The notes beneath the pieces were generated by a model. That model saw only the letters and a list, made by a program, of their open reading frames with translations. It ran no database searches and was not told the origin of the DNA. The translations under genes were made by a program, and so were the position numbers. 49,415 nt of DNA, from positions 1 through 49,415 of the IMG/VR virus record IMGVR_UViG_3300042934_001053; one strand, 5' to 3'. This DNA is from a virus. This document shows, in pieces, positions 19,043-27,105 of this stretch (its first letter is position 1; each line of letters starts with the position of its first letter).

Positions 19043-19891
19043 TCACCAAACCTTTGATTCATCCATCTTCTTTTGATGCTCAAAACGTTCCTTTTCAAGC
19101 CGAATCTTTTTATTGTCAAACTCTTTTCTGTATCTATGCTCTGGATTCATACCAAAATAATTAGCAAGCCAGTTAAGAGCTTTCAACCTATCTTCTAGTT
19201 TAACGCTCGTACCCTGCTTGCTAGTTTTAATTTCAGTCACTATTCCACCATCAACTTCCCAACTGCCTTTTAATTTAACAGTATTAACTAATTGGGTAGC
19301 AATTTCGTCTCGTCCTGTAGTCGAATCTTTATAAATGATAGCACCATTACCAGTCATAATTGGAATTCTCTCTTGTCCGAACTCTATGAAGTCTGTTATA
19401 TCTGAAAAAGCAATTCTCATATACTTTTCAACTATATCTTCTTCTGATAGCATAATAGATGCTTTCTTAAGTTCTTTTAGGTATTCTATATAAACCCTTA
19501 CCTTAGGATTTCTTAACAACCTAGAACCTTCTACAAAGGCGCTATTGGCTGAGTACCCCGCTTTAATTGCTGCTTGTGTTGCATTAAAGTTTCTTACATA
19601 GATTTCTGCAAAGAACCGTTGTTTATCAGTAAGTTCATATCCTTCAATCTCTATTGCCGCTTCCCGCTTGGCTTCTTTCTTAACGGTATCTTTTTTAATA
19701 GTAGTGTTCCTTTTCTTTTTGGGTAACGTTCCTATTAAAATATCATCCCATTTATCAGTACTTTTCCATTTTCTTATTTGAGTATCTAACACTCCAAGTT
19801 CTGAAGCTATATCCTTAAGCTTTTTCTTACCCTTAGAGTTTATATATATTTCTTTTGCCTTTACTCTGCTTGGATTTCTTTCTCTCGGCAA
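19043..19891 (-). CDS. Terminase small subunit, XtmA/Terminase_2 type with an N-terminal HTH
   Basis: 282 aa. LKDIASELGVLDTQIRKWKSTDKW is an HTH, and LTDKQRFFAEIYVRNFNATQAAIKAGYSANSAFVEGSRLLRNPKV is the Terminase_2 core. Confidence 0.75.
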   Translation of the reverse strand: MPRERNPSRVKAKEIYINSKGKKKLKDIASELGVLDTQIRKWKSTDKWDDILIGTLPKKKRNTTIKKDTVKKEAKREAAIEIEGYELTDKQRFFAEIYVRNFNATQAAIKAGYSANSAFVEGSRLLRNPKVRVYIEYLKELKKASIMLSEEDIVEKYMRIAFSDITDFIEFGQERIPIMTGNGAIIYKDSTTGRDEIATQLVNTVKLKGSWEVDGGIVTEIKTSKQGTSVKLEDRLKALNWLANYFGMNPEHRYRKEFDNKKIRLEKERFEHQKKMDESKVW

Positions 19892-19914
19892 ATCACCTCA
19901 CCTGCCCTAATTGG

Positions 19915-19951
19915 AAATAAAGATTAAAATTAAAAGGAGCCTAAGCTCCTT
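19915..19951 (-). terminator. Rho-independent terminator just upstream of the packaging module
   Basis: Minus strand: AAGGAGC-TTAG-GCTCCTT followed by TTTAATTTTAATCTTTATTT. Confidence 0.55.
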
Positions 19952-19954
19952 AAA

Positions 19955-20374
19955 TTATTGAACTGTAATTCCAGCTCGCCTTAAATATTGATCGAAATCA
20001 TATCTTGCTGGTAACGAATTAATAATATACCCTATTCCATATTGTTCTTTAGTAATGCTCAGACTTTGGCTGTTTGGATACGGGATATAACATCTTGCAC
20101 CATCTACTAATGCAGTATAGAACGCACTTATTACTACACCACGGTATCTAATAAAGAATCGCCTTCTATATGCATTAGAATCTGGAAATTGTTCAGCCCA
20201 GGTCCCATGAAACCTGGATTCTTCGTCAAACCCATTATCATTTGGCCAATCTCTATCACTAAGTATAGTAATGTCAACATCCTCTGTATACACGTATAAC
20301 CCTAGATCATCATCATACAACCAATCACTTGGTGATGACTCGGCAATAGTGTTTATAATTTCATTAAAATTCAT
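19955..20374 (-). CDS. Hypothetical protein
   Basis: The track ORF runs to 20395. The ATG at 20374 (MNFNEI...) sits behind AGGAGGTGG and is the likelier start. Confidence 0.6.
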   Translation of the reverse strand: MNFNEIINTIAESSPSDWLYDDDLGLYVYTEDVDITILSDRDWPNDNGFDEESRFHGTWAEQFPDSNAYRRRFFIRYRGVVISAFYTALVDGARCYIPYPNSQSLSITKEQYGIGYIINSLPARYDFDQYLRRAGITVQ

Positions 20375-20447
20375 AACTCCACCTCCTTTCCACATAATAA
20401 CTTCTATGTCAAAAGGAGGTTTCCTGCATATGTCGAACTATTTATTT

Positions 20448-20729
20448 CTATTGATTGATTATCAGTTCTAGTTTGTTTTTGTCAACTATATAGCTTATAG
20501 TTTCTTCATTATTAATCTTATATCCAACACATATTTCTTCATTCTCATTACCTATTGTAAAAGGAAAAAATTTATCTAAATCTAAAACTCTACAAGCACA
20601 TATCGGAACCCATTTTGCACCTTGATCTATAAGATTAATAACCAAATATTTATTACCTTTATCAGTTACAATCAAGTCACCTTTTTCTGCTCTTTCTTTA
20701 GAATTTCTACTTTTATTCATTATTTTCAT
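20448..20729 (-). CDS. Hypothetical protein
   Basis: 93-aa ORF. No family was recognised. Confidence 0.5.
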   Translation of the reverse strand: MKIMNKSRNSKERAEKGDLIVTDKGNKYLVINLIDQGAKWVPICACRVLDLDKFFPFTIGNENEEICVGYKINNEETISYIVDKNKLELIINQ

Positions 20730-21021
20730 AAAATCACCCCATTATTCTTATATGAGGAAAATAAGTAAATTATGTATATCATGGTAGTTTTATAACTACT
20801 AATCTTGTTAAATTCATCTATATGGCAAGTTTCCAAAAGAAGCAAGCTTTTTATGGTCTTCGTGAATTAAAGTAATTCTTATTTGAATCTATTTAGCTAC
20901 AAACAAGAGTAAACCCGATATATAAAGCTTTATAATAGAACAAATACATTATTTCAATTTCTACTATTTAATATAGCGCACCTTCTATAGCCTTTTGAAA
21001 CAAAAGATGAGCTAATTCTAC

Positions 21022-21417
21022 TTACTCACATATCGCTTTAATTATGTCAACTTTATCCTTGTCATCTATTTTATCAGAATTATATACTTGCAAAATAGCG
21101 ATCTGTCTTAAATATTTCAATGATTCCTCAACCTTATTTTCTTTTGATTTTACTCCAAATGTTGTCAAAGTACCTATAACTAATGAACCCATCGAGACGA
21201 TTATTGCTATAACTGCAAGATATTCATTAAAATTAGCTTTGGAAGAATCCATTGTGGCGAACTTGAATATCATTACGACACAAAAAAGTACAAGCACTAA
21301 ACAGACTCCGCATTTTATTATATAGTCCGTTTTCTCTTGCTTTTTTAACTTTTTTATACTTTTATTAAGTAAGTAATTATCTTTTTCAATATACTTTAAT
21401 AATTCTTTCATTTTCAT
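21022..21417 (-). CDS. Hypothetical membrane protein (2 predicted TM segments)
   Basis: 131 aa. The hydrophobic stretches are IIKCGVCLVLVLFCVVMIFKF and LAVIAIIVSMGSLVIGTLTTFGV. Confidence 0.55.
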   Translation of the reverse strand: MKMKELLKYIEKDNYLLNKSIKKLKKQEKTDYIIKCGVCLVLVLFCVVMIFKFATMDSSKANFNEYLAVIAIIVSMGSLVIGTLTTFGVKSKENKVEESLKYLRQIAILQVYNSDKIDDKDKVDIIKAICE

Positions 21418-21520
21418 GATCCACTCTCCTTACATTAGATATTATTCAACACTTTTACTAATTCTCCTGCTAATAAGAACACAAAGTCGATTTTTTATTG
21501 AATCATCTAGCTAAAGGTTC

Positions 21521-21715
21521 GTGATAATCAGCATGATTGATATATTGGCTAGCGATAATGGTGAAGTATGTAGAGACAGTGCTATTAGAGACCGTTCTCA
21601 AACCAATAATCCCAAAACAGATTCATGGGTAAAGAGAGATTCGGATGCCGCACGTTGTATGGACCAAAAGACCTCAAATAATAAACCATTTAAAGATGTA
21701 CGCAAAGAAAAATAA
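21521..21715 (+). CDS. Possible small basic protein (hypothetical)
   Basis: 64-aa ORF (or 60 aa from the ATG at 21533) with a weak RBS. It is one of the few plus-strand ORFs that does not overlap a minus-strand gene. Confidence 0.3.
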   Translation: MIISMIDILASDNGEVCRDSAIRDRSQTNNPKTDSWVKRDSDAARCMDQKTSNNKPFKDVRKEK

Positions 21716-21767
21716 CCATTAATACTTTTTTTCTGCCAGTTACCTTTGATATACTAAAAATTATATT

Positions 21768-22523
21768 TCAATAATTAGTAATAATTAATTCCTTATACTT
21801 GCCTCTTGCATTCTTTTCCCTACTCACGGAGTATCCAACCTCAACTTCTTTAAAGTTAAAATCTTTATACCATTCTCTTACCTTTTCATGATCATTAATA
21901 GTTAATAAAAATTTACCTTTTATGTGAAATAACTTATCTCTTAAAATTAAGTGCTCAACTTCTCCAAATTCATTGCCATATCCAGTTAGTTCAAAATAAG
22001 GAGGATCTGCAAAGAAAAAGCTATGCTCTCTATCATATTTATCAATGATTTTTTCAAAGCTTAAATTCTCAACATAAGTATTTCTTAGCCTTTCTTTAAT
22101 CTCTCCTAATACATTTTTATAGTAAATTTGTGGTTTAGGCTTACAAGTAGTCCCATATCCATAGTCTTTTCCTTTAGCTGCAAAGCTTTGAGATATTAAA
22201 TATAAAAACCTCACAGCTCTATTGATTTCTGTGAGGTTTTCTACACAATAGTTTTTATATTCTTCAAAAATATCTCTTCCTGAGAATTCATATTCCAGCA
22301 TTCTCTCTATCTCTGGTGCATGGTATTTGATCATTCTAAACAAGTTGATGAGTTCTTTATCAATATCATTTATAACTTCCACCTTAGAAGGCTCTTTACC
22401 AAAGTATACCCATCCTGCACCAAAGAATAATTCTATATAACATGTATGCTCAGATATCATTTCTATTATAGTCTTTCTTAGTTTAGACTTACCTCCCATT
22501 CTTGAGATAGGTGGATTTAACAT
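21768..22523 (-). CDS. D12-class N6-adenine DNA methyltransferase (Dam-like), orphan
   Basis: 251 aa. N-terminal SRMGGKSKL, then ELFFGAGWV, EVINDIDKELINLF and the catalytic DPPY. No nuclease partner lies next to it. Confidence 0.85.
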   Translation of the reverse strand: MLNPPISRMGGKSKLRKTIIEMISEHTCYIELFFGAGWVYFGKEPSKVEVINDIDKELINLFRMIKYHAPEIERMLEYEFSGRDIFEEYKNYCVENLTEINRAVRFLYLISQSFAAKGKDYGYGTTCKPKPQIYYKNVLGEIKERLRNTYVENLSFEKIIDKYDREHSFFFADPPYFELTGYGNEFGEVEHLILRDKLFHIKGKFLLTINDHEKVREWYKDFNFKEVEVGYSVSREKNARGKYKELIITNY

Positions 22524-22576
22524 AATATCACTTCCTTAATTTTGATGTAGGTTATAAGCTCACACCGCCCGTCACA

Positions 22577-22619
22577 TCAAAAGAAGAAAAAATGAAAAAG
22601 CACTCAATCAATGAGTGCT
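22577..22619 (-). terminator. Rho-independent terminator
   Basis: Minus strand: AGCACTCA-TTGAT-TGAGTGCT followed by TTTTCATTTTTTCTTCTTTT. It lies about 300 nt downstream of the stop of 22916..23695. Confidence 0.6.
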
Positions 22620-22915
22620 CACTGTTGCCACACAGTTTGTAGTTCCCTGCTGGCAATTCAACCTAATTATTCATATTATTATTTTACTACATATAGCCAG
22701 ACAGTTCTAGGACATCATTTTGACATTCATCTGACAATAATATTTGCTTTATAAAGTTAGTATTATTATTTGAAAATAATTTTTTAGATTAAGACATATA
22801 AATTTAAATCTCTATAATAAGTTGCTCAGCACTTTTAATTTAACGACTTTTGCACAAAATATTTAAGTATGTAATCATTCTCACTATTTTAGTAAGTAAA
22901 CACTACTACAAATAT

Positions 22916-23695
22916 TTATTTTAATCTATTCTCATGTTCAGGTCTAATGTATTTATCTTGTATTGCTTGAACTTTAGTAGATAACTGAGTTGCTTGAATC
23001 TCTTCAAATTTCCTTGGCTCAGTAATGTTACGAGTTTCTATATATATACTTTGCCCTATTAGTCGAGAATATTGCTTTTTCATATGTTGATAGATCTTTC
23101 TAAAATTTTCATAATTTTGTAGGGAGTAGTGATAAAGATTTAATGGATAACTCCCCTCGCAATCCTGAAACTCGTTTATTGTAATGGGATTCAGATTATG
23201 ATGTTTATGAAGAGATGGATTTTGTTCAATGAGTCTTAATTTTGATGTTAATAAAGAGAAGGGTAAATGGTGAGCCCAGTTTCTTTGTTTAGTGAAATCT
23301 TTGATAATCTTCTCTTCTTCGTCAGTTAGATATAATAGTTCAAGTTCTATTGCCTTATTTTCAATTCTTTTTTTTGCTATTTTTCTAAAACCTAAATATG
23401 ACATTGCAAGTTTGGTATCATCTGCAATAGCATTCAATAGATTATTATCAATAAATGAAATTTTACTTAAACAATCATCATAAATCTTGTTAGGGAATTT
23501 TGTTTTTCCAGCACTTCCCATTTCATGTATACCGTATTCTTTTAAGTTGTCTTCTAATTCTTTTATATATCTTTTATATTTCCTAATATTTTTTTCAGTA
23601 GTAATTATCAAGTCCTGTAGCAATAGTATAAGATCTTCTTTCTTAACAACCCTAAAGGTTTTCAACTCTTTTAGCTTTTCATTTTCCACCATCAT
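22916..23695 (-). CDS. Hypothetical protein with an RNWAHH motif (possible HEPN-like)
   Basis: About 259 aa from the ATG at 23695 (the track ORF starts at 23707). KQRNWAHHLPF fits Rx4H. No other family was recognised. Confidence 0.3.
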   Translation of the reverse strand: MMVENEKLKELKTFRVVKKEDLILLLQDLIITTEKNIRKYKRYIKELEDNLKEYGIHEMGSAGKTKFPNKIYDDCLSKISFIDNNLLNAIADDTKLAMSYLGFRKIAKKRIENKAIELELLYLTDEEEKIIKDFTKQRNWAHHLPFSLLTSKLRLIEQNPSLHKHHNLNPITINEFQDCEGSYPLNLYHYSLQNYENFRKIYQHMKKQYSRLIGQSIYIETRNITEPRKFEEIQATQLSTKVQAIQDKYIRPEHENRLK

Positions 23696-23854
23696 AACTC
23701 CCCCCAAATAATAAAATATAATTCAAATAATTGTTAATTCCGTATACGTTGAACTTATTTTATTAATTACTATAATTCCTAAATATTGTTTATCTAGTAA
23801 ATTATAGCACGTTTTATTTAAATACAAAGTGCAATTACTTCTTTACTAAAATTT

Positions 23855-24361
23855 CTATGCACCCATATTTAACCCATCTATGCCAAACAACAGAATTCCT
23901 AACTCATTAACCATTTCATTTATCCATCTTCTTATGGTTCTTTCATTGCAATATAACTTAGTTGCCATTTCTTCATGCGTTATTTTATTAATGCAGACTT
24001 CTTTTAGTGCTTCATACTTCTCGAGTGAACATAATTTGATTTGCTTTTCTTTTAATATATCTAAGGCCATATCTATATGCGCTATCATAATTAATGTTTT
24101 ACTCTTACTTCTTTTTATTGAGAGTATATATAATTCATCTCTTTCAATATCTCCTAACTCTATAAGGTCGCTTTCAAGTTGTGTTATGTCTGCTATAGCA
24201 TTCTCAACATGCTGCTTTAAATCATTGTAATGAGTTAATAGAAGCTTTGTGTTATGGAATACTTTCCTCCTCTCTTCTAACTTTTTCTCTTTGTCATATT
24301 CTTTTATGGCCTTTATTGCTGCTTTATTTATAGTTTCTTCTATGTTAATTTGACTTTTCAT
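23855..24361 (-). CDS. Late-gene transcriptional activator (ArpU/RinA/sigma region-4-like)
   Basis: 168 aa with a C-terminal HTH (THEEMATKLYCNERTIRRWINEM). It is the last gene of the early/middle block. Confidence 0.5.
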   Translation of the reverse strand: MKSQINIEETINKAAIKAIKEYDKEKKLEERRKVFHNTKLLLTHYNDLKQHVENAIADITQLESDLIELGDIERDELYILSIKRSKSKTLIMIAHIDMALDILKEKQIKLCSLEKYEALKEVCINKITHEEMATKLYCNERTIRRWINEMVNELGILLFGIDGLNMGA

Positions 24362-24774
24362 CTTTTATTCTCCCTTCTTATTCTTTGAAGTTCTTCATAT
24401 TCAATCCAACCATCGGAATTTCCATGTTTTAAGTTTCTGGCAATCCAAGTAAGCTTCATTCCTGGATACTTAAACTCAAATAATTTTCTTCTTAGCTCTC
24501 CTTGCTGAGTACTAACCCCCTTTACATCGATGAGCTCCTCTTTTCCATCTAAATGATATATAAGAAAATCTGGTGTATATGTCGCGGCCCTATATGATCT
24601 TCCTTCTTTCTTAAACTTAGGAATTAGCTCATAAGTAGGCTGCAATTCAAAGTTTAGTATTTCCTCTCTAGCTTTTCTTTTCAGGAGATATTCATAATAT
24701 TTAAACTCATCTAAGGAGTCGAATGTATATCCATCAACTGTTATTTTCTTTGATCCGTATTTACTTTTTGTCAT
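24358..24774 (-). CDS. DUF1064-family PD-(D/E)xK-like protein
   Basis: 138 aa. SKKITVDGYTFDSLDEFKYYEYL...TYTPDF...IDVKG matches DUF1064. Confidence 0.6.
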   Translation of the reverse strand: MTKSKYGSKKITVDGYTFDSLDEFKYYEYLLKRKAREEILNFELQPTYELIPKFKKEGRSYRAATYTPDFLIYHLDGKEELIDVKGVSTQQGELRRKLFEFKYPGMKLTWIARNLKHGNSDGWIEYEELQRIRRENKR

Positions 24775-24809
24775 CTTATCACTTCTTTCACTAATAGCAT
24801 TTTATAACA

Positions 24810-24850
24810 CAAAAATACCGTAAAATTCATTTCTGAATAATACGGTATTT
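24810..24850. terminator. Bidirectional hairpin terminator downstream of the NACHT gene
   Basis: ATACCGTA (24815-22) and TACGGTAT (24841-48) form the stem, with T-runs on both strands. Confidence 0.6.
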
Positions 24851-24884
24851 TTATTTTTTTCAGAAGTTATTCTGATTTAATAAG

Positions 24885-26849
24885 TCAAAAATCATCATCT
24901 TCAAATTTTTCAGATTCAAGTTCTTTCTCAATAAGGGTTTTTAGTTTCATGCACTCTTTCAGATCAAGTGTATATAAATTTTCATGTGGGTCCCCCTCAT
25001 ATATTAAGAAATCATAAATTATCGAATTACCAATTGTAAAATTTTCTTTATAATTAAAAACATTTTCTTCTGATTCATCTATAAGAATCAATTTATCCTT
25101 AACAATTCCTGTAAAGTATTCAATTTGAATATAGTTATGCTTACTATTGGATTTTATAATAAAGCTTTCTCCTTTATTTCTTAATAACTTTATTATATTA
25201 TAGTTAGGTAAATTACTATATCCAATAAGATATTCTTTAGCAGTTAAAATCGTAACAAAATGCCCAATATCTTTTTTTATTCTATTAAGTACCTCATGAG
25301 TAATATTTCTGTTTATTTCTATGTCATTAGTTTTATATCTATAGAAGAATAGCCTTTTTGAGAATGTTAGCATCTTTCTTTCGCTGATATCTGCATTATC
25401 AATTTTCATATCTATAAACAATTGACGATTGTTATAATGATCCATGAAACTTGATATTAAATTTAAAATGATTGTCCTTCTAAAAGTTGTATAATCAATA
25501 TCATAGCAAAAGTCCAACACGTTATAATAGATATCATTTTTGCTACTTTTAGCCATGCTTAACAAAACATCTTTTTGTTTATCTTTTATATTATGACATA
25601 TATATTTAGCTGCAAAGTATTCCTGAAACGACTTATGGGTCCATCTATATTCTACTCCATCTTTAATGAACAGAGGAACATTTTTTATTAAATCTTCTAA
25701 ATAAGCAGTTTCTTTAAATTGAATTCTTGTATTTTTTTCTTTTGCTTCTTTTATAAGACCAATTAGCTCTTCTCTTTGATATATTGTTTTTCCCCTTACA
25801 AATGATTTATAACTAATATACTTAATTACCTCTTCGAAATCATCCATATCCAATTTACTCTCTTTATCGTGTACAAAAACTCCACCCTTAGAAAAATCAT
25901 GTACTTCAAACAATGCATCATAAACCTGTCTGTAGAAAAGAGATTTTTTATATGGTATTACTTTCTTATATTCATATGCTTTATATAAAAGAGACGTCAT
26001 AAGAGGATTTATAAGGAATTCACTTAATAGACTTAAATTTTTATCACTCTCTATTTTTTTATTTAGTTCTGCCGATAATTCTCCGCCATTATCATATTTA
26101 CTAATTAAATCATAAGCTTCATTTTTATCGAGAGGTTTAATATTAAAGCGTTGGAAATCGCCAAAGCTTACAAGTGCCCTTTCTTCTCTTGAAGACATAA
26201 TAAATACATTTTCTGAAGCCTTTGATATAAACCACTGTAAGTCTTCTGTTACCTTCGCTTTATCATTAGTTGCGATTTCATCATAACCATCGAAAAAGAA
26301 AATGAAGTCACCTCTTTTTAGTAAACTTAATATATATTTTTCATTAAATTGGTTATCAATAGAATTAATATTTTTAAAGATCTCATTAATTATTGTATTT
26401 TCTCGTGATAGTTTTCTAAGCTCAATAAATATTGGAATCCCCTCATGTTGCCTAATTGCGTTAATAAAAAGCCATTTCATCACTGTAGATTTTCCCATCC
26501 CAGCTGTATCAGTTATTATTATTTTTTTGTATCTTTCAATGAATTCTTTCTTATATGAATCAACCTTTATACATTCAAAATCTTCGCCATTATTCATAAC
26601 TTTGTTTAAGTGTAACGGAATGTATAATTCATCTATTGTCTTTTGTTGATTCTTAAATACGATAGTATTCATAATATGCTGGCTACTATATATTTCTTTA
26701 AGATATGCAGCAAATTTATCAGAAACTTCATTGTAGAAATTCTTATCTATCTCTCTTTTCTCAAGCATTTCTTTCAGTTTTGGCGTTAACCAAGTATCAA
26801 CAATGCTTTTTGTTAGCGCACTAATGAGATTTATCGTTACTGGATCCAT
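24885..26849 (-). CDS. NACHT/STAND P-loop NTPase (NLR-like)
   Basis: Walker A is IIITDTAGMGKSTV and Walker B is FIFFFDGYDEI (the hhhhDGxDE NACHT signature). There is a short helical N-terminus and an unassigned C-terminal region of about 350 aa. The ATG at 26849 sits behind GAGGA (the track ORF uses the GTG at 26858). Confidence 0.75.
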   Translation of the reverse strand: MDPVTINLISALTKSIVDTWLTPKLKEMLEKREIDKNFYNEVSDKFAAYLKEIYSSQHIMNTIVFKNQQKTIDELYIPLHLNKVMNNGEDFECIKVDSYKKEFIERYKKIIITDTAGMGKSTVMKWLFINAIRQHEGIPIFIELRKLSRENTIINEIFKNINSIDNQFNEKYILSLLKRGDFIFFFDGYDEIATNDKAKVTEDLQWFISKASENVFIMSSREERALVSFGDFQRFNIKPLDKNEAYDLISKYDNGGELSAELNKKIESDKNLSLLSEFLINPLMTSLLYKAYEYKKVIPYKKSLFYRQVYDALFEVHDFSKGGVFVHDKESKLDMDDFEEVIKYISYKSFVRGKTIYQREELIGLIKEAKEKNTRIQFKETAYLEDLIKNVPLFIKDGVEYRWTHKSFQEYFAAKYICHNIKDKQKDVLLSMAKSSKNDIYYNVLDFCYDIDYTTFRRTIILNLISSFMDHYNNRQLFIDMKIDNADISERKMLTFSKRLFFYRYKTNDIEINRNITHEVLNRIKKDIGHFVTILTAKEYLIGYSNLPNYNIIKLLRNKGESFIIKSNSKHNYIQIEYFTGIVKDKLILIDESEENVFNYKENFTIGNSIIYDFLIYEGDPHENLYTLDLKECMKLKTLIEKELESEKFEDDDF

Positions 26850-26890
26850 CTTAATCACGTCCTCTGGAAAAACTAAATATTTATATAATC

Positions 26891-26923
26891 ATTAATTTCT
26901 ACAAAAGACAACAAATTCCTTCT
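26891..26923 (-). promoter_or_regulatory. Diverged copy of the accessory-cassette promoter box upstream of the NACHT gene
   Basis: The minus strand reads AGAAGGAATTTGTTGTCTTTTGTAGAAATTAAT, compared with TAGAGGAATTTATAGTATTTTGTAGAATATATT in the box at 46578-46610. Confidence 0.4.
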
Positions 26924-27001
26924 TATTCTCTTAATATTAACAGATTATGTACCACATGCAAGATTTTTGACATTACACATTTATATACATTTAGATCTTA
27001 T

Positions 27002-27014
27002 CAAAAATACCGTA
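27002..27014. repeat. 13-bp direct repeat CAAAAATACCGTA; the partner copy is at 24810..24822
   Basis: The two exact copies bracket the NACHT cassette. Similarity continues weakly beyond them (ATTCA). Confidence 0.8.
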
Positions 27015-27105
27015 CTATTCAATTTTCAAAGAACATTTTTAGTTTTTTTATTTTAGAGTTGGATTATGTTTACTGAGATAATAATTTAATTGCTTATTAT
27101 TCTAG

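Noticed and set aside
22540-22582. A 16-nt identity (CACACCGCCCGTCACA, 22561-22576) to the universally conserved 16S rRNA decoding-region sequence. It sits in the loop of a 9-bp hairpin (TTTTGATGT / ACATCAAAA) just upstream of the methyltransferase start.
   Set aside because: It is too short to be an rRNA fragment, and no flanking rRNA similarity was seen beyond a few bases, so it may be chance. It remains a curiosity worth a BLASTN or structure check, but no function can be supported from the sequence.
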